64,000 nucleotides of DNA from Bacteroidota bacterium (GTDB taxonomy: Bacteria > Bacteroidota > JABWAT01), in NCBI GenBank assembly GCA_013360915.1, contig JABWAT010000001.1, forward strand, positions 468,981-532,980. The letters run 5' to 3'. The notes beneath the pieces were generated by a model. The model was not told where the DNA came from. It was given only the letters and a program-made list of their open reading frames with translations, and searched no databases. The translations under genes and the position numbers were made by a program. This document shows, piece by piece, positions 55,798-64,000 of the stretch (position 1 is its first letter; the number at the start of each line of letters is the position of its first letter).

Positions 55798-58740
55798 TCA
55801 GATCAGCGAAAACCGGATACCAATCTGCACAAACCGTGGGGCCGAGTAACGGCCAGGAGTTGCAGTGTTGTCGCGGATTGTTGATAATTCTTCCAGCCGG
55901 GTTCTTTTCTGGAAATTGTCGAGTGTTTCATCGGGAAGGCCGGTATCATTATACACCGCCGTGGCATTCCGGGTATCGAGCAGGTTGGTGACATCGATGA
56001 AATATTCCATGGACCATGCATTCATTTTCACTGACTTTGACAACCGCAGATCCAGATTAAATGTCCAGGGTCTTCTTTCGCTGTTTTCAACGATATTCTG
56101 AATACCCCCACCCACTTCTTCATTCGATGCAATCCGGGGTGTATAGGGAAAACCAGATGCCAGTTTTCCGATCAGAGTACCTGTCCATCCCTCTCTGGTG
56201 TAACTGGCCAGGGTGTTGATGGAATGGGTCTGATCCCAGTTGAGTGTAATCAGTTCAAGACGTTTGGGACGGTTGCTCAGCTGATCGTAATAGGCCTGGG
56301 TAACATCAGAGGAGGTTCCCTTTGCTTCCTGATAGGTATAGTCGACGCTGTAATAGAAATCTTCAATTGACTGGTTGGCTGCCAGCGTGATTCCCTTTGC
56401 ACTGGCGTGGTCCTTGTTCTCGTATTTGTAATAAGTGACACCGGCTGCATACGTGTCGATGGCAGGACCAACCCCGATCCAGTCACTGATATCGCGGTAG
56501 AAACCGGTCACAGCCAGATCGAGCGAACCAAACAGTCGTTGCTTGAGTCCCAGTTCATACATAATGGTTTTCTCAGGATTCAGGTTGGCATTTCCAACCA
56601 GGTTTTGAGTACCCGATCCGCTGATCCAGAAATTCGGATTTTCGTAGAGGTACCTGAATTCCGGGTTCTGGAAAAAGTGTCCGTAAGAAAAGTGCACAAC
56701 TGCTTCGGCCGTAACCGGGAAGGAGATTCCGAGACGCGGACTGATCTGATATTTCACATCGGCATCTTTATACCAGAATTTTTCACGCTCGGCCACAGAA
56801 TATTCGGTCTGACCCGATTCGGGCAGGTTCGGATCATAATTTTTATACTTGTTGGTTGCCAGAAACGGACGGTAAATCTGCGGATCTTTCGGATCGGAGA
56901 GCACCCGACCATCCGAGTCAAAGTAATCGAACCGGAGTCCGACGTTGATGATCAATTCCTCATACTCAATTTTATCCTGAATGTATGCCGCCACTTCGAT
57001 CGGATTGGCATCATATCTTGCCATCGTTGGACTCGATTCGGTAAGTTCTTCGATATCCTGGTCATCGTTGAAATAAACCGAGTAGTAATAGTTATTCAGC
57101 TTGTTATGATAGGTGAGGGACACCCCTGTTTTCATCATGTTGTATTTATCGACCTGGCTGGTCAGATCTAGGCGTGTGCCCACATAAGCTGATTGGGTCG
57201 AAGCCCGTCCGAGGTCATTTCCATGCACCTGAAAATCATTGTCGATATACTGGACTGCAGAACTGCCAAATCCGGTCAGCCAACTGACCCACTTTCCGGC
57301 ATCGTTGGGGGTGTACCGGTAATCCATCGGGTCTTCGTACAGATAGCTTTTATGATTGGAGGAGTAGTAATTGGCTTTCAGATCCACGAAAGTCTCGGTG
57401 GAAATCACATACTGAGCAGAAACAATATGAGTGAACCGGTCGGTGAAGTAATTTCTTCCGCCATCCGGAACAAACCGGCTTCCACCGCCATAGGAATGAT
57501 CGCTGTTATAAAACAGTGAATAGCTGGCATCGAACACAGGTGAATCCCAGAACAACTTGGTTTGAGTTGACCAGCCTTTATACCAGTTCAGCGGAACCAA
57601 TTCTCCATCGGGTTCATCGTATTTTTTATCCGCATTTCTGAACGGACGTACCAAGCCCCATGGCATAAAATACCGGAATCCCATTTCATAGCCGGGCCGG
57701 TTCTGATAGCGGCCTGCTGCAAAAAAGGACAGGTTCTTATGGATAAAATCCAGTGGGCCGGATGAATTGAGCTGTAAATCCCAGGTCTGGAACGGATTGT
57801 ATGAATTCAGATAATTTTCATACGTCATCCAGGGTTTATTTCCCGCAGCAGCGGCTTCACGTGCAGCCTGCGGAGAGGAAAGGCCGTGTTTCGAAAAATC
57901 ATATCTCATATCACCGCCAAACCGGGTATACCAATAAATGGACTCGGCCCAGTCGCGGTTATTCATAATTCTGTAAAGGTCATTATCGAAGGAGACGTGG
58001 TCGCCCAGATAGGCGGTTCCGGAAAGGGAAAATTTATCGCCTCCGTTTTTGGTCACAATATTGACCACGCCGGAAAGAGCTTGTCCATACTCGGCGTTAA
58101 AGGTTCCGGTAATGGCTTTCAGTTCGGCAATGGACTGATCATCGATACTGATACCGGCATTGGCCCGATCGAGTGGATTCTGAACCACCACGCCATCGAC
58201 CATGTAACTGATTTCGGTGGAACGACCACCACGAATATGCAGATTTCCGCCCGAATCGCGGGTAATGCCCGCCTGGGTGCTCAGCATCGAGCTGAGATCA
58301 CGTGCAGGAAGGTCTGCAATCAGATCCGATTGAAACGTTCTTTCCGAACTGGTCAGGTCTTTCTGAACGACCCGGTCGGCGGTAATGACAATGTCATATC
58401 CCAGTTCTACATCCTGCTCGTTCAGTTCGACATCCAGTTTCGTGGTTAAATCGACCTGAATACGTACTTTCTCGACCACCTTGGTGGTAAATCCCACGCT
58501 GGAGATCCGGATTGTATACAGTCCGGGAGAAATATTCAGAATAAAAAATTCACCATCCACATCGGTGGCGGCCCCTTTCTCGGTTCCGACAATAAAAACA
58601 CTTGCACCGATCAGTGGTTCTTTGGTGGCCGCATTGAAAACCTTTCCGGAAAGCTTTCCGGTGGTACCGGCCATGAGGAACCCCGGCAGGAACAGAAGAC
58701 CCGTCAGGATCAGAGTTGAGAATAAGGATTGGAGCCGCAT
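55798..58740 (-). CDS. TonB-dependent receptor with N-terminal carboxypeptidase-regulatory-like domain (SusC-like architecture, no SusD partner)
   Basis: 980 aa. The order is signal peptide, CarbopepD_reg-like beta-sandwich (GKVFNAATKEPLIGASVFIVG), plug (NLHIRGGRSTE...VDGV) and a 22-strand barrel. Confidence 0.85.
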   Translation of the reverse strand: MRLQSLFSTLILTGLLFLPGFLMAGTTGKLSGKVFNAATKEPLIGASVFIVGTEKGAATDVDGEFFILNISPGLYTIRISSVGFTTKVVEKVRIQVDLTTKLDVELNEQDVELGYDIVITADRVVQKDLTSSERTFQSDLIADLPARDLSSMLSTQAGITRDSGGNLHIRGGRSTEISYMVDGVVVQNPLDRANAGISIDDQSIAELKAITGTFNAEYGQALSGVVNIVTKNGGDKFSLSGTAYLGDHVSFDNDLYRIMNNRDWAESIYWYTRFGGDMRYDFSKHGLSSPQAAREAAAAGNKPWMTYENYLNSYNPFQTWDLQLNSSGPLDFIHKNLSFFAAGRYQNRPGYEMGFRYFMPWGLVRPFRNADKKYDEPDGELVPLNWYKGWSTQTKLFWDSPVFDASYSLFYNSDHSYGGGSRFVPDGGRNYFTDRFTHIVSAQYVISTETFVDLKANYYSSNHKSYLYEDPMDYRYTPNDAGKWVSWLTGFGSSAVQYIDNDFQVHGNDLGRASTQSAYVGTRLDLTSQVDKYNMMKTGVSLTYHNKLNNYYYSVYFNDDQDIEELTESSPTMARYDANPIEVAAYIQDKIEYEELIINVGLRFDYFDSDGRVLSDPKDPQIYRPFLATNKYKNYDPNLPESGQTEYSVAEREKFWYKDADVKYQISPRLGISFPVTAEAVVHFSYGHFFQNPEFRYLYENPNFWISGSGTQNLVGNANLNPEKTIMYELGLKQRLFGSLDLAVTGFYRDISDWIGVGPAIDTYAAGVTYYKYENKDHASAKGITLAANQSIEDFYYSVDYTYQEAKGTSSDVTQAYYDQLSNRPKRLELITLNWDQTHSINTLASYTREGWTGTLIGKLASGFPYTPRIASNEEVGGGIQNIVENSERRPWTFNLDLRLSKSVKMNAWSMEYFIDVTNLLDTRNATAVYNDTGLPDETLDNFQKRTRLEELSTIRDNTATPGRYSAPRFVQIGIRFSLI

Positions 58741-58809
58741 AGGATTAAATACTTAGAGTGGAAAAAGGAGGCGATCCGGCCATTTGACCGGACCGCCCAT
58801 CGGGTAAGG

Positions 58810-61755
58810 TTATTTCAGAAGCATCATTTTAATGGTTTTCGAGAAAGAGCCAGCCTCGATGCGTGCAAAGTACACACCGCTGGTCAGGCCATTTCCGTTA
58901 AACTCATAGACGTGATTTCCGGCAGCAACACCAGTCTTCACAAACGAAGTCACTTCACGACCGGTTACATCATAAATTTTCAGGCTGACATCGGAGGTCC
59001 TGGCCAGACTGAACATAATGCGGGTAGCCGGGTTGAACGGATTCGGATAGTTCTGCATCAGATCAAACCGGGTGGGTGAGGTTGCAACATCATCCACACC
59101 AACGCCACCTTCGCCAACCACTTCAATCAGACCAAAAGTAGCAGGGCGTTTCCAGTGTTCATCGAGAGAAATGATTTCGTTCTGGCTGAAGTAGTCCCAT
59201 CCACCAAACTGAGCCATCAGGGTACGGGCATCGTCACCAAAGGATGGATCCATGTCGTTGCCATCGATCCGTAATGGCATGACCATTCCGGGTTTCACTT
59301 CAATACCACCTTCTGCAGGTGCAAATTTGGCCAGTTCGATACGACCTTCGATGATGTAACCATCGCCGGAAAACTTCTCGAATACGGCTGCTTCCAGACC
59401 AGGAACAACGGCGTCATCTCCACCATCCAGTGCAGTTGTGGCACGTGAGGTAAACCCGATCCGCCAGTCACCGGCCGTTTTCGGGCTGCTCTTGCCATGA
59501 AGTTCTTTCAGACCATTCACATCATAGAATCCGAAGTAAAACTCGAGCGCATCTCCCTGCCAGGCCTGTGTTGTTTGCGGAGCGCGAACGAGGTCATCAT
59601 CGGTCACGTCAGCTGAAATGTACAGGTACTCTTTGTCGATGACAAAAGTCACCTTGTAGGAAATGTCAATCGATTCCGGAGTCCAGCCGGCCGATTGTCC
59701 GCCATTGGCAGATTCAGGAGTCAGCTGATATTCTTTGTAATCGACAAATTCGTCATCCAATCCATCCAGGCTGAATTTGGCAGCAAAGGTGGTGTCATAG
59801 GTAACCTTCAGGGTCTTGCTGGTTTCGATTTCGACAGGACCGAATTTACTTTCAGAAGTGACTTCGGTTTCGGCAGATCCATCGAAGGCTGTGACGGCAT
59901 AATACAGGGATTTGGTATCACCATTGGTTGACCACGGACGATGAGCCCAGACCTGCGATCCGTGCGGAATGCCGCGAGCAATGTTCTGAACAGCAGGATC
60001 ATTGATATCTGCAATCGGTGACTCACTTACGTAGACATTGTAAGTTTCGGTACCGAGGGTATTATCAACCCAATCCAGACGGACATATTCAAAAGCACTT
60101 CCCGGTGCGGTAGAGACCTGAACACTGCCCTGAATAGCAGGAGAAACCACGGCGCCAACCGGTTTAGGAATGTCGTACAGGGTGAGGTTGTCATAATAAA
60201 TGGCTCCGACCCAGTTCACATCATCTCCATAACGGAACTGGAATCCGAAATTGCCATTCTTTGTGGTATCAAATACGGCAGAATCGACCAGAGCAGTCAG
60301 ATCAATTTTCATGGTTGACCATTTACCGCGAACGATGGTGGTGTCATTAATCAGGAACGGTGTTTCATTCCAACTCCAGCCCACTGCATCACCCGTCACC
60401 ACAAAGCCGATTTGTCCACCCAGAGGTGCATCTGCAGGTACCCATACATCGATAGAGATGGCCGTGGCGGTTTTCTGTGCTTCGATGGAATAGATCGAAA
60501 GACCTTCGCGTGCCACGTATACTTTTTTATCGGAAGTTACTTTTGAAAAATCAGTACCAATTTCAAGAACACCTTCACTGCGGTCAGACGGATCGTTTAC
60601 ACGTTTGATCGTGGTACCAACGGTACTCCAGCTGGCCATGATAAAGTTCTGTGCACCGCCGGCAATGGCTTCGAAATCGGCCACGACGAATTTGTCACCA
60701 GTTTCAATACCGGCAAATCCGACGTTATCGAAGTAAAAGGTCCCATTCCAGGATTTATCAGATTCATCCCAGTTGGCAATCTGAACACCCGTTTTACCAA
60801 GCTTGGCATTTTCATGATCAAAGTTGGCATCTTTTGCCTTTTGAGCAGCCAGATCATAATAGATCGGGAACCATACTTCTTTTTTAATCTGGTAGGCATA
60901 GACCAACTGCTCGGTCCATGACCAGTGAGAATCATCCTGTGCCCAGAGGCCAAACTGAATGGAATCGGGTGTATCGGCAGGCAGCCAGATCCAGTAAACC
61001 AGCAGATTATTTCCTTTGGAAACGATGTTATCTACCTGGATAACCCCTTTGTCATTGCTCTTGTAATTGACTGCAAGAACACCAGCTGAATTTCCGCTCG
61101 GGTCGGCCACTTTGGTTACGCTTCCAAGTCCGGTTCCCCAGCCATTGTCGGCATATCCATCGGTTCCTTCTTCGAAATCGGCAAAAACGGAAGGTTCCAC
61201 ACCAACCAGACTCAGGTTATCAATGTAAATGTTCCCGGCCCAGTTCTTATCGGATACGTTCCAGTTGGCTACTTCAATTCCCATTTTTCCCAATTTGTTT
61301 CCATGGTGGTTGAACGACCCGCCTGTGTTCAGGAATTGTTGTTCCATGAAAAAGCTGATCGGATACCATTTATCCCGTGGAATACCGGTGGTTGTGTATA
61401 ATTTTTCATTCCAGGACCAGTTCTGATCATCCTGGGCCCACAATTTAAGGTCGAGGCTGTCGGGAGTCCCGGTTGGAAGCCATACCCAGAAAGTGAAAGC
61501 CTGTGCATCATTCACTTCGACGTTGTCTTTCTGAATCGCCCCTTTTACACCCGATCCACCACCAGCAAAGGAAAGCTGAAGAACGCCGGAACTGTTTCCC
61601 GACGGATCGGCGACCCGGCTTACGCTGGTAAACCCTGATCCCCAGCCATTGTCTGCAAAGCCATTGGCATCCGATTCAAAATCGGAAATGACCTGCGCAA
61701 ATCCGGCAGACGCTGCAAGCAGCATTCCGGCCAGAAGTAGCAATTGTTTTCTCAT
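58810..61755 (-). CDS. T9SS-sorted secreted protein (981 aa) with three tandem ~165-aa CBM-like repeats and a CBM9/DOMON-like region
   Basis: The repeats share DF(E)...ADNGWG(S/T)G..SV.(R/K)VADPSGNS.GVL...W.WLP.(G/D)TPDS...LWAQDD..WSW...NW...YIDNL. The C-terminal T9SS CTD is NYPNPFNPATRIMFSL...SGVYFARI...K. Confidence 0.7.
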   Translation of the reverse strand: MRKQLLLLAGMLLAASAGFAQVISDFESDANGFADNGWGSGFTSVSRVADPSGNSSGVLQLSFAGGGSGVKGAIQKDNVEVNDAQAFTFWVWLPTGTPDSLDLKLWAQDDQNWSWNEKLYTTTGIPRDKWYPISFFMEQQFLNTGGSFNHHGNKLGKMGIEVANWNVSDKNWAGNIYIDNLSLVGVEPSVFADFEEGTDGYADNGWGTGLGSVTKVADPSGNSAGVLAVNYKSNDKGVIQVDNIVSKGNNLLVYWIWLPADTPDSIQFGLWAQDDSHWSWTEQLVYAYQIKKEVWFPIYYDLAAQKAKDANFDHENAKLGKTGVQIANWDESDKSWNGTFYFDNVGFAGIETGDKFVVADFEAIAGGAQNFIMASWSTVGTTIKRVNDPSDRSEGVLEIGTDFSKVTSDKKVYVAREGLSIYSIEAQKTATAISIDVWVPADAPLGGQIGFVVTGDAVGWSWNETPFLINDTTIVRGKWSTMKIDLTALVDSAVFDTTKNGNFGFQFRYGDDVNWVGAIYYDNLTLYDIPKPVGAVVSPAIQGSVQVSTAPGSAFEYVRLDWVDNTLGTETYNVYVSESPIADINDPAVQNIARGIPHGSQVWAHRPWSTNGDTKSLYYAVTAFDGSAETEVTSESKFGPVEIETSKTLKVTYDTTFAAKFSLDGLDDEFVDYKEYQLTPESANGGQSAGWTPESIDISYKVTFVIDKEYLYISADVTDDDLVRAPQTTQAWQGDALEFYFGFYDVNGLKELHGKSSPKTAGDWRIGFTSRATTALDGGDDAVVPGLEAAVFEKFSGDGYIIEGRIELAKFAPAEGGIEVKPGMVMPLRIDGNDMDPSFGDDARTLMAQFGGWDYFSQNEIISLDEHWKRPATFGLIEVVGEGGVGVDDVATSPTRFDLMQNYPNPFNPATRIMFSLARTSDVSLKIYDVTGREVTSFVKTGVAAGNHVYEFNGNGLTSGVYFARIEAGSFSKTIKMMLLK

Positions 61756-61976
61756 CTGTTTTCTCCCGTTTGTTGTTTAGGAAAGTCGTTGATTGCCTTG
61801 TTCTAAAATCCCCGTGTGAACGGTTTTTTTATCACAGTTGTCATATGATATCACAAACAATGCCAAACTTTTAAAACCGTGTTTCTGCTGGCCAAAAGCC
61901 TTGTTTAAGGTGTTTAACATCTGCTTTTCTGATTTTGTATTTATCATAGCGATAAAGTTTATCAAAAAGATAAAGA

Positions 61977-63422
61977 TCAGGCGTTGCTGCCGATGCTTAC
62001 CAGTTCCGAACGGTTTTTTACTTGTGTCCAATGATTAATTAATGAACGGAGCGAGGACTGATGCTCCAGAATTCCCGGATTTTCTCTCACCACCTCATAC
62101 TCTGGTCTGGCAAGAATCCCAAGAAGGTTGCTGAGTGCCCGGCCGGTGTGGTAGGTGCACTTCCAGATGTGAGATTTAGGTCCGGTGACAAAATGAGGTT
62201 CTTTATCGATTCCGCCTTCGAACCAATCTCCCTTCACCGGATCGAGCACATACCGGGTCACATAGTCCCATTGTTTCAGGAACGTTTCTGCATAGACGGG
62301 CTCTTCAGGGAAAATTTCCGACATGATCAGAAGGATGTTGAGGGCTTCTGCCTGGGCCCACCAGTTTTTGGTTGACTTCAGAATGACCATCTGACCATCG
62401 ATATATTGCCCACCGTCATAGAAACCGCCGGTTTCATGATCGAATCCGTTTAAAATTGAGTGATCAACCATTTTTTTGGCGGTCCACAGGGTTTTATCAT
62501 CCTGATAGAGCCCCAGAACATGCGAAGCTTCGAGCAGAAGAAAAGCCGTTTCATAGTCGTGGCCGAAGGAAATGTGATCGAGCCGGTAATCGGTTGCAGA
62601 ATAGCCCGATCTTTTGGTGATTCGTCTGACGGGATTCCATTGACGGTCAAAAAACAGGTTCAGATAGCCCTTTTCGGTGGTCATCCGGTCACGGATAAGA
62701 AGCAGCATGGTGGTCAGTCGTGAGCGCAGAACCGGGTGGTTCCAATGCGGCAATAATTCGGTAAACGCTTCAAGCAGGTGAATGCTCGAATTCTGGTCTT
62801 TAAATCCTACCTCTGGTTCATCGGTGGCGTGTGACCGGTAAACCGAATTCTGGTCAAAAACCTGTCCATCGCGCTGATAAAACTGAAAATATCCGCCAAA
62901 CTCATCATCCCATCCCTTTGATTCGAGCCACCGGAACGATTCCTGTGCCAATTGTAAAACCTCAGGATTCCGGGTCTGGCTGTATAATGCAGCCAGTCCG
63001 TAAATCGCAAAAGCATTGCCGTAGGCCCGTTTTTCATCCATCCAGCCTTCACAATCAGAAAGCCCGCCATCTGCAGAACGGGCCTGGAAAAATCCGCCAT
63101 AACGTTGGTCCCACATGAAATTTTTCATAAACGGGAATCCATGAGCGGCCATCTGAAGAAATTGATGACGCTGCTTAAACAAGCCCGACATCCGGGAGAG
63201 GGTCCAGATGTGACGTGCCTGAGACACCACCATTTTGTCCTGAACGGGAGGGAGAGTCCAGTCGGCAGTCACATTGGTATAATAGCCACCTGACCGGTTG
63301 TCAATCACCAATGGATACCACCGGTTCAGAATGCCTTCTGTAAGCGCTTTATAAATATCCTGATACAATGAGTCACTGTATACCGACTTAAAAGTTGCCA
63401 TATTGATTACCAATTCATCCAT
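61977..63422 (-). CDS. AGE-family (N-acyl-D-glucosamine 2-epimerase superfamily) epimerase/isomerase, cellobiose/mannobiose 2-epimerase-like
   Basis: 481 aa with an alpha/alpha-6 barrel family pattern including KNWWAQAEAL. Confidence 0.8.
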   Translation of the reverse strand: MDELVINMATFKSVYSDSLYQDIYKALTEGILNRWYPLVIDNRSGGYYTNVTADWTLPPVQDKMVVSQARHIWTLSRMSGLFKQRHQFLQMAAHGFPFMKNFMWDQRYGGFFQARSADGGLSDCEGWMDEKRAYGNAFAIYGLAALYSQTRNPEVLQLAQESFRWLESKGWDDEFGGYFQFYQRDGQVFDQNSVYRSHATDEPEVGFKDQNSSIHLLEAFTELLPHWNHPVLRSRLTTMLLLIRDRMTTEKGYLNLFFDRQWNPVRRITKRSGYSATDYRLDHISFGHDYETAFLLLEASHVLGLYQDDKTLWTAKKMVDHSILNGFDHETGGFYDGGQYIDGQMVILKSTKNWWAQAEALNILLIMSEIFPEEPVYAETFLKQWDYVTRYVLDPVKGDWFEGGIDKEPHFVTGPKSHIWKCTYHTGRALSNLLGILARPEYEVVRENPGILEHQSSLRSLINHWTQVKNRSELVSIGSNA

Positions 63423-64000
63423 TTTCTGATTTCAGGGGTCAGTTCAGCAGCCATCAACCGGTGATCCCGTACATCGGGATGGCCATCACAACCACGATCG
63501 TACCGGCGGCTCCATCTGAACAGCCGGGTGTTTCCGGTCTGGTCTCCCGAGGCCAATACCTGGAGCCAACGGTCGAGCGTTTCCAGTTTTTTTCCCTGCA
63601 GAACCGGACTGGAAGTCAGCAGCACCTTAGCACCCGGATTGTTTTTTCTGAGCTTGTAAAGGAAGGACCTGAAAGAATTCACAAATACCGAAGAATCGGG
63701 AGCCGGTCGGGCCACCGCCTGATCTCCATCTGAAAAGTCGTTTGTTCCCAGACCAATTACATACAGATCCGGATTCCAGCCATTCAGATCCCAGGGGCGG
63801 GCATATGGATCCAGATTCATAAATACACTGTAGTAGACAGCGGGCATGACCGGACCCGGAGAGTTCCAGTTGCGGGTCACTCCGATACCAGATACCGAGG
63901 ATAGCATCCATTGTGCACTTAACTGACGGGAGGCCAACGGACCAAAGGCATTCCAGGCATGATGCTGGTCGAACCATTGGGCTTTTTTACACGGAACGGG
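63407..64000 (-). CDS. SGNH/GDSL-family hydrolase (carbohydrate esterase-like). The N-terminus lies beyond the window.
   Basis: Block III GLGTNDF and block V DGHPD are present. The reading frame is open to the window edge; the track M at 63937 is a TTG. Confidence 0.65.
   Translation of the reverse strand, partial: PVPCKKAQWFDQHHAWNAFGPLASRQLSAQWMLSSVSGIGVTRNWNSPGPVMPAVYYSVFMNLDPYARPWDLNGWNPDLYVIGLGTNDFSDGDQAVARPAPDSSVFVNSFRSFLYKLRKNNPGAKVLLTSSPVLQGKKLETLDRWLQVLASGDQTGNTRLFRWSRRYDRGCDGHPDVRDHRLMAAELTPEIRKWMNW

Noticed and set aside
56407-57171. 254-aa plus-strand ORF
   Set aside because: It is antisense inside the TonB-dependent receptor gene with no motif. The same reasoning applies to the plus-strand ORFs 27999..28649, 38327..38965, 39926..40498, 51866..52369 and 57886..58449.
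42312-61976. Sigma-54 (-24 GG / -12 GC) promoters upstream of the TonB-dependent receptor, the 981-aa gene or the SBP-like gene
   Set aside because: I scanned the intergenic regions 46616-46745, 58741-58809 and 61756-61976 by eye for GG-N10-GC and found no convincing match. A computational scan is still required, so this is unresolved rather than excluded.
63627-63977. 116-aa minus-strand ORF
   Set aside because: It is an alternative frame overlapping the SGNH esterase gene. It is Cys- and Ser-rich with low complexity and has no motif.
1-64000. Mobile elements, prophage or tRNA genes
   Set aside because: There is no transposase, integrase or recombinase ORF. No intergenic region has tRNA-like cloverleaf potential. 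The repeated gaattc motifs near 1-7 and 1329-1345 are too short to be IS ends.

Overview
64 kb of bacterial chromosome, about 52% GC, with 53 of 55 genes on the minus strand. Three proteins carry C-terminal type IX secretion (T9SS) sorting domains, so the source is probably an FCB-group bacterium (Bacteroidota, Ignavibacteriota or similar); I cannot assign it further from sequence alone.

From low to high coordinates the window holds: (1) A fatty-acid beta-oxidation cluster: a partial acyl-CoA dehydrogenase, a thiolase, a FadN-type 3-hydroxyacyl-CoA dehydrogenase/enoyl-CoA hydratase and an acyl-CoA ligase. A PduO-type cobalamin adenosyltransferase, translationally coupled to an MFS transporter, sits among these genes, followed by a divergent second acyl-CoA ligase. 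(2) A 1590-aa secreted protein with many PKD repeats. (3) A complete cbb3-type cytochrome oxidase locus, ccoN-O-(Q)-P followed by ccoG-H-I-S, ending in a cyclophilin lipoprotein and an EamA transporter. (4) A tightly coupled operon encoding an FAH-family hydrolase, an M23 peptidase, a GWxTD-domain protein, an SDR oxidoreductase and a BFD-like [2Fe-2S] protein. (5) A NUDIX hydrolase and a NamZ/DUF1343 protein. (6) A long co-directional housekeeping array: ffs (SRP RNA, found by eye), tal, htrA, purB, purC, psd, pssA, purS, purQ, a lipoprotein, tatA, gatA, sucD and ndk. (7) An accessory polysaccharide (probably beta-mannan) utilisation island. It comprises a membrane-anchored SBP-like sensor, a histidine kinase and a sigma-54 response regulator; a T9SS-sorted GH26 mannanase; a SurA-like parvulin; a 1221-aa T9SS cargo protein; a FadL/PorV/PorQ-like outer-membrane barrel; a TonB-dependent receptor with no SusD partner; a 981-aa T9SS protein with three tandem CBM-like repeats; an AGE-family epimerase; and a partial SGNH esterase.

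I found no CRISPR array, transposase, integrase or tRNA. Coordinates I derived by hand, rather than from the ORF track, may be off by a few nucleotides.
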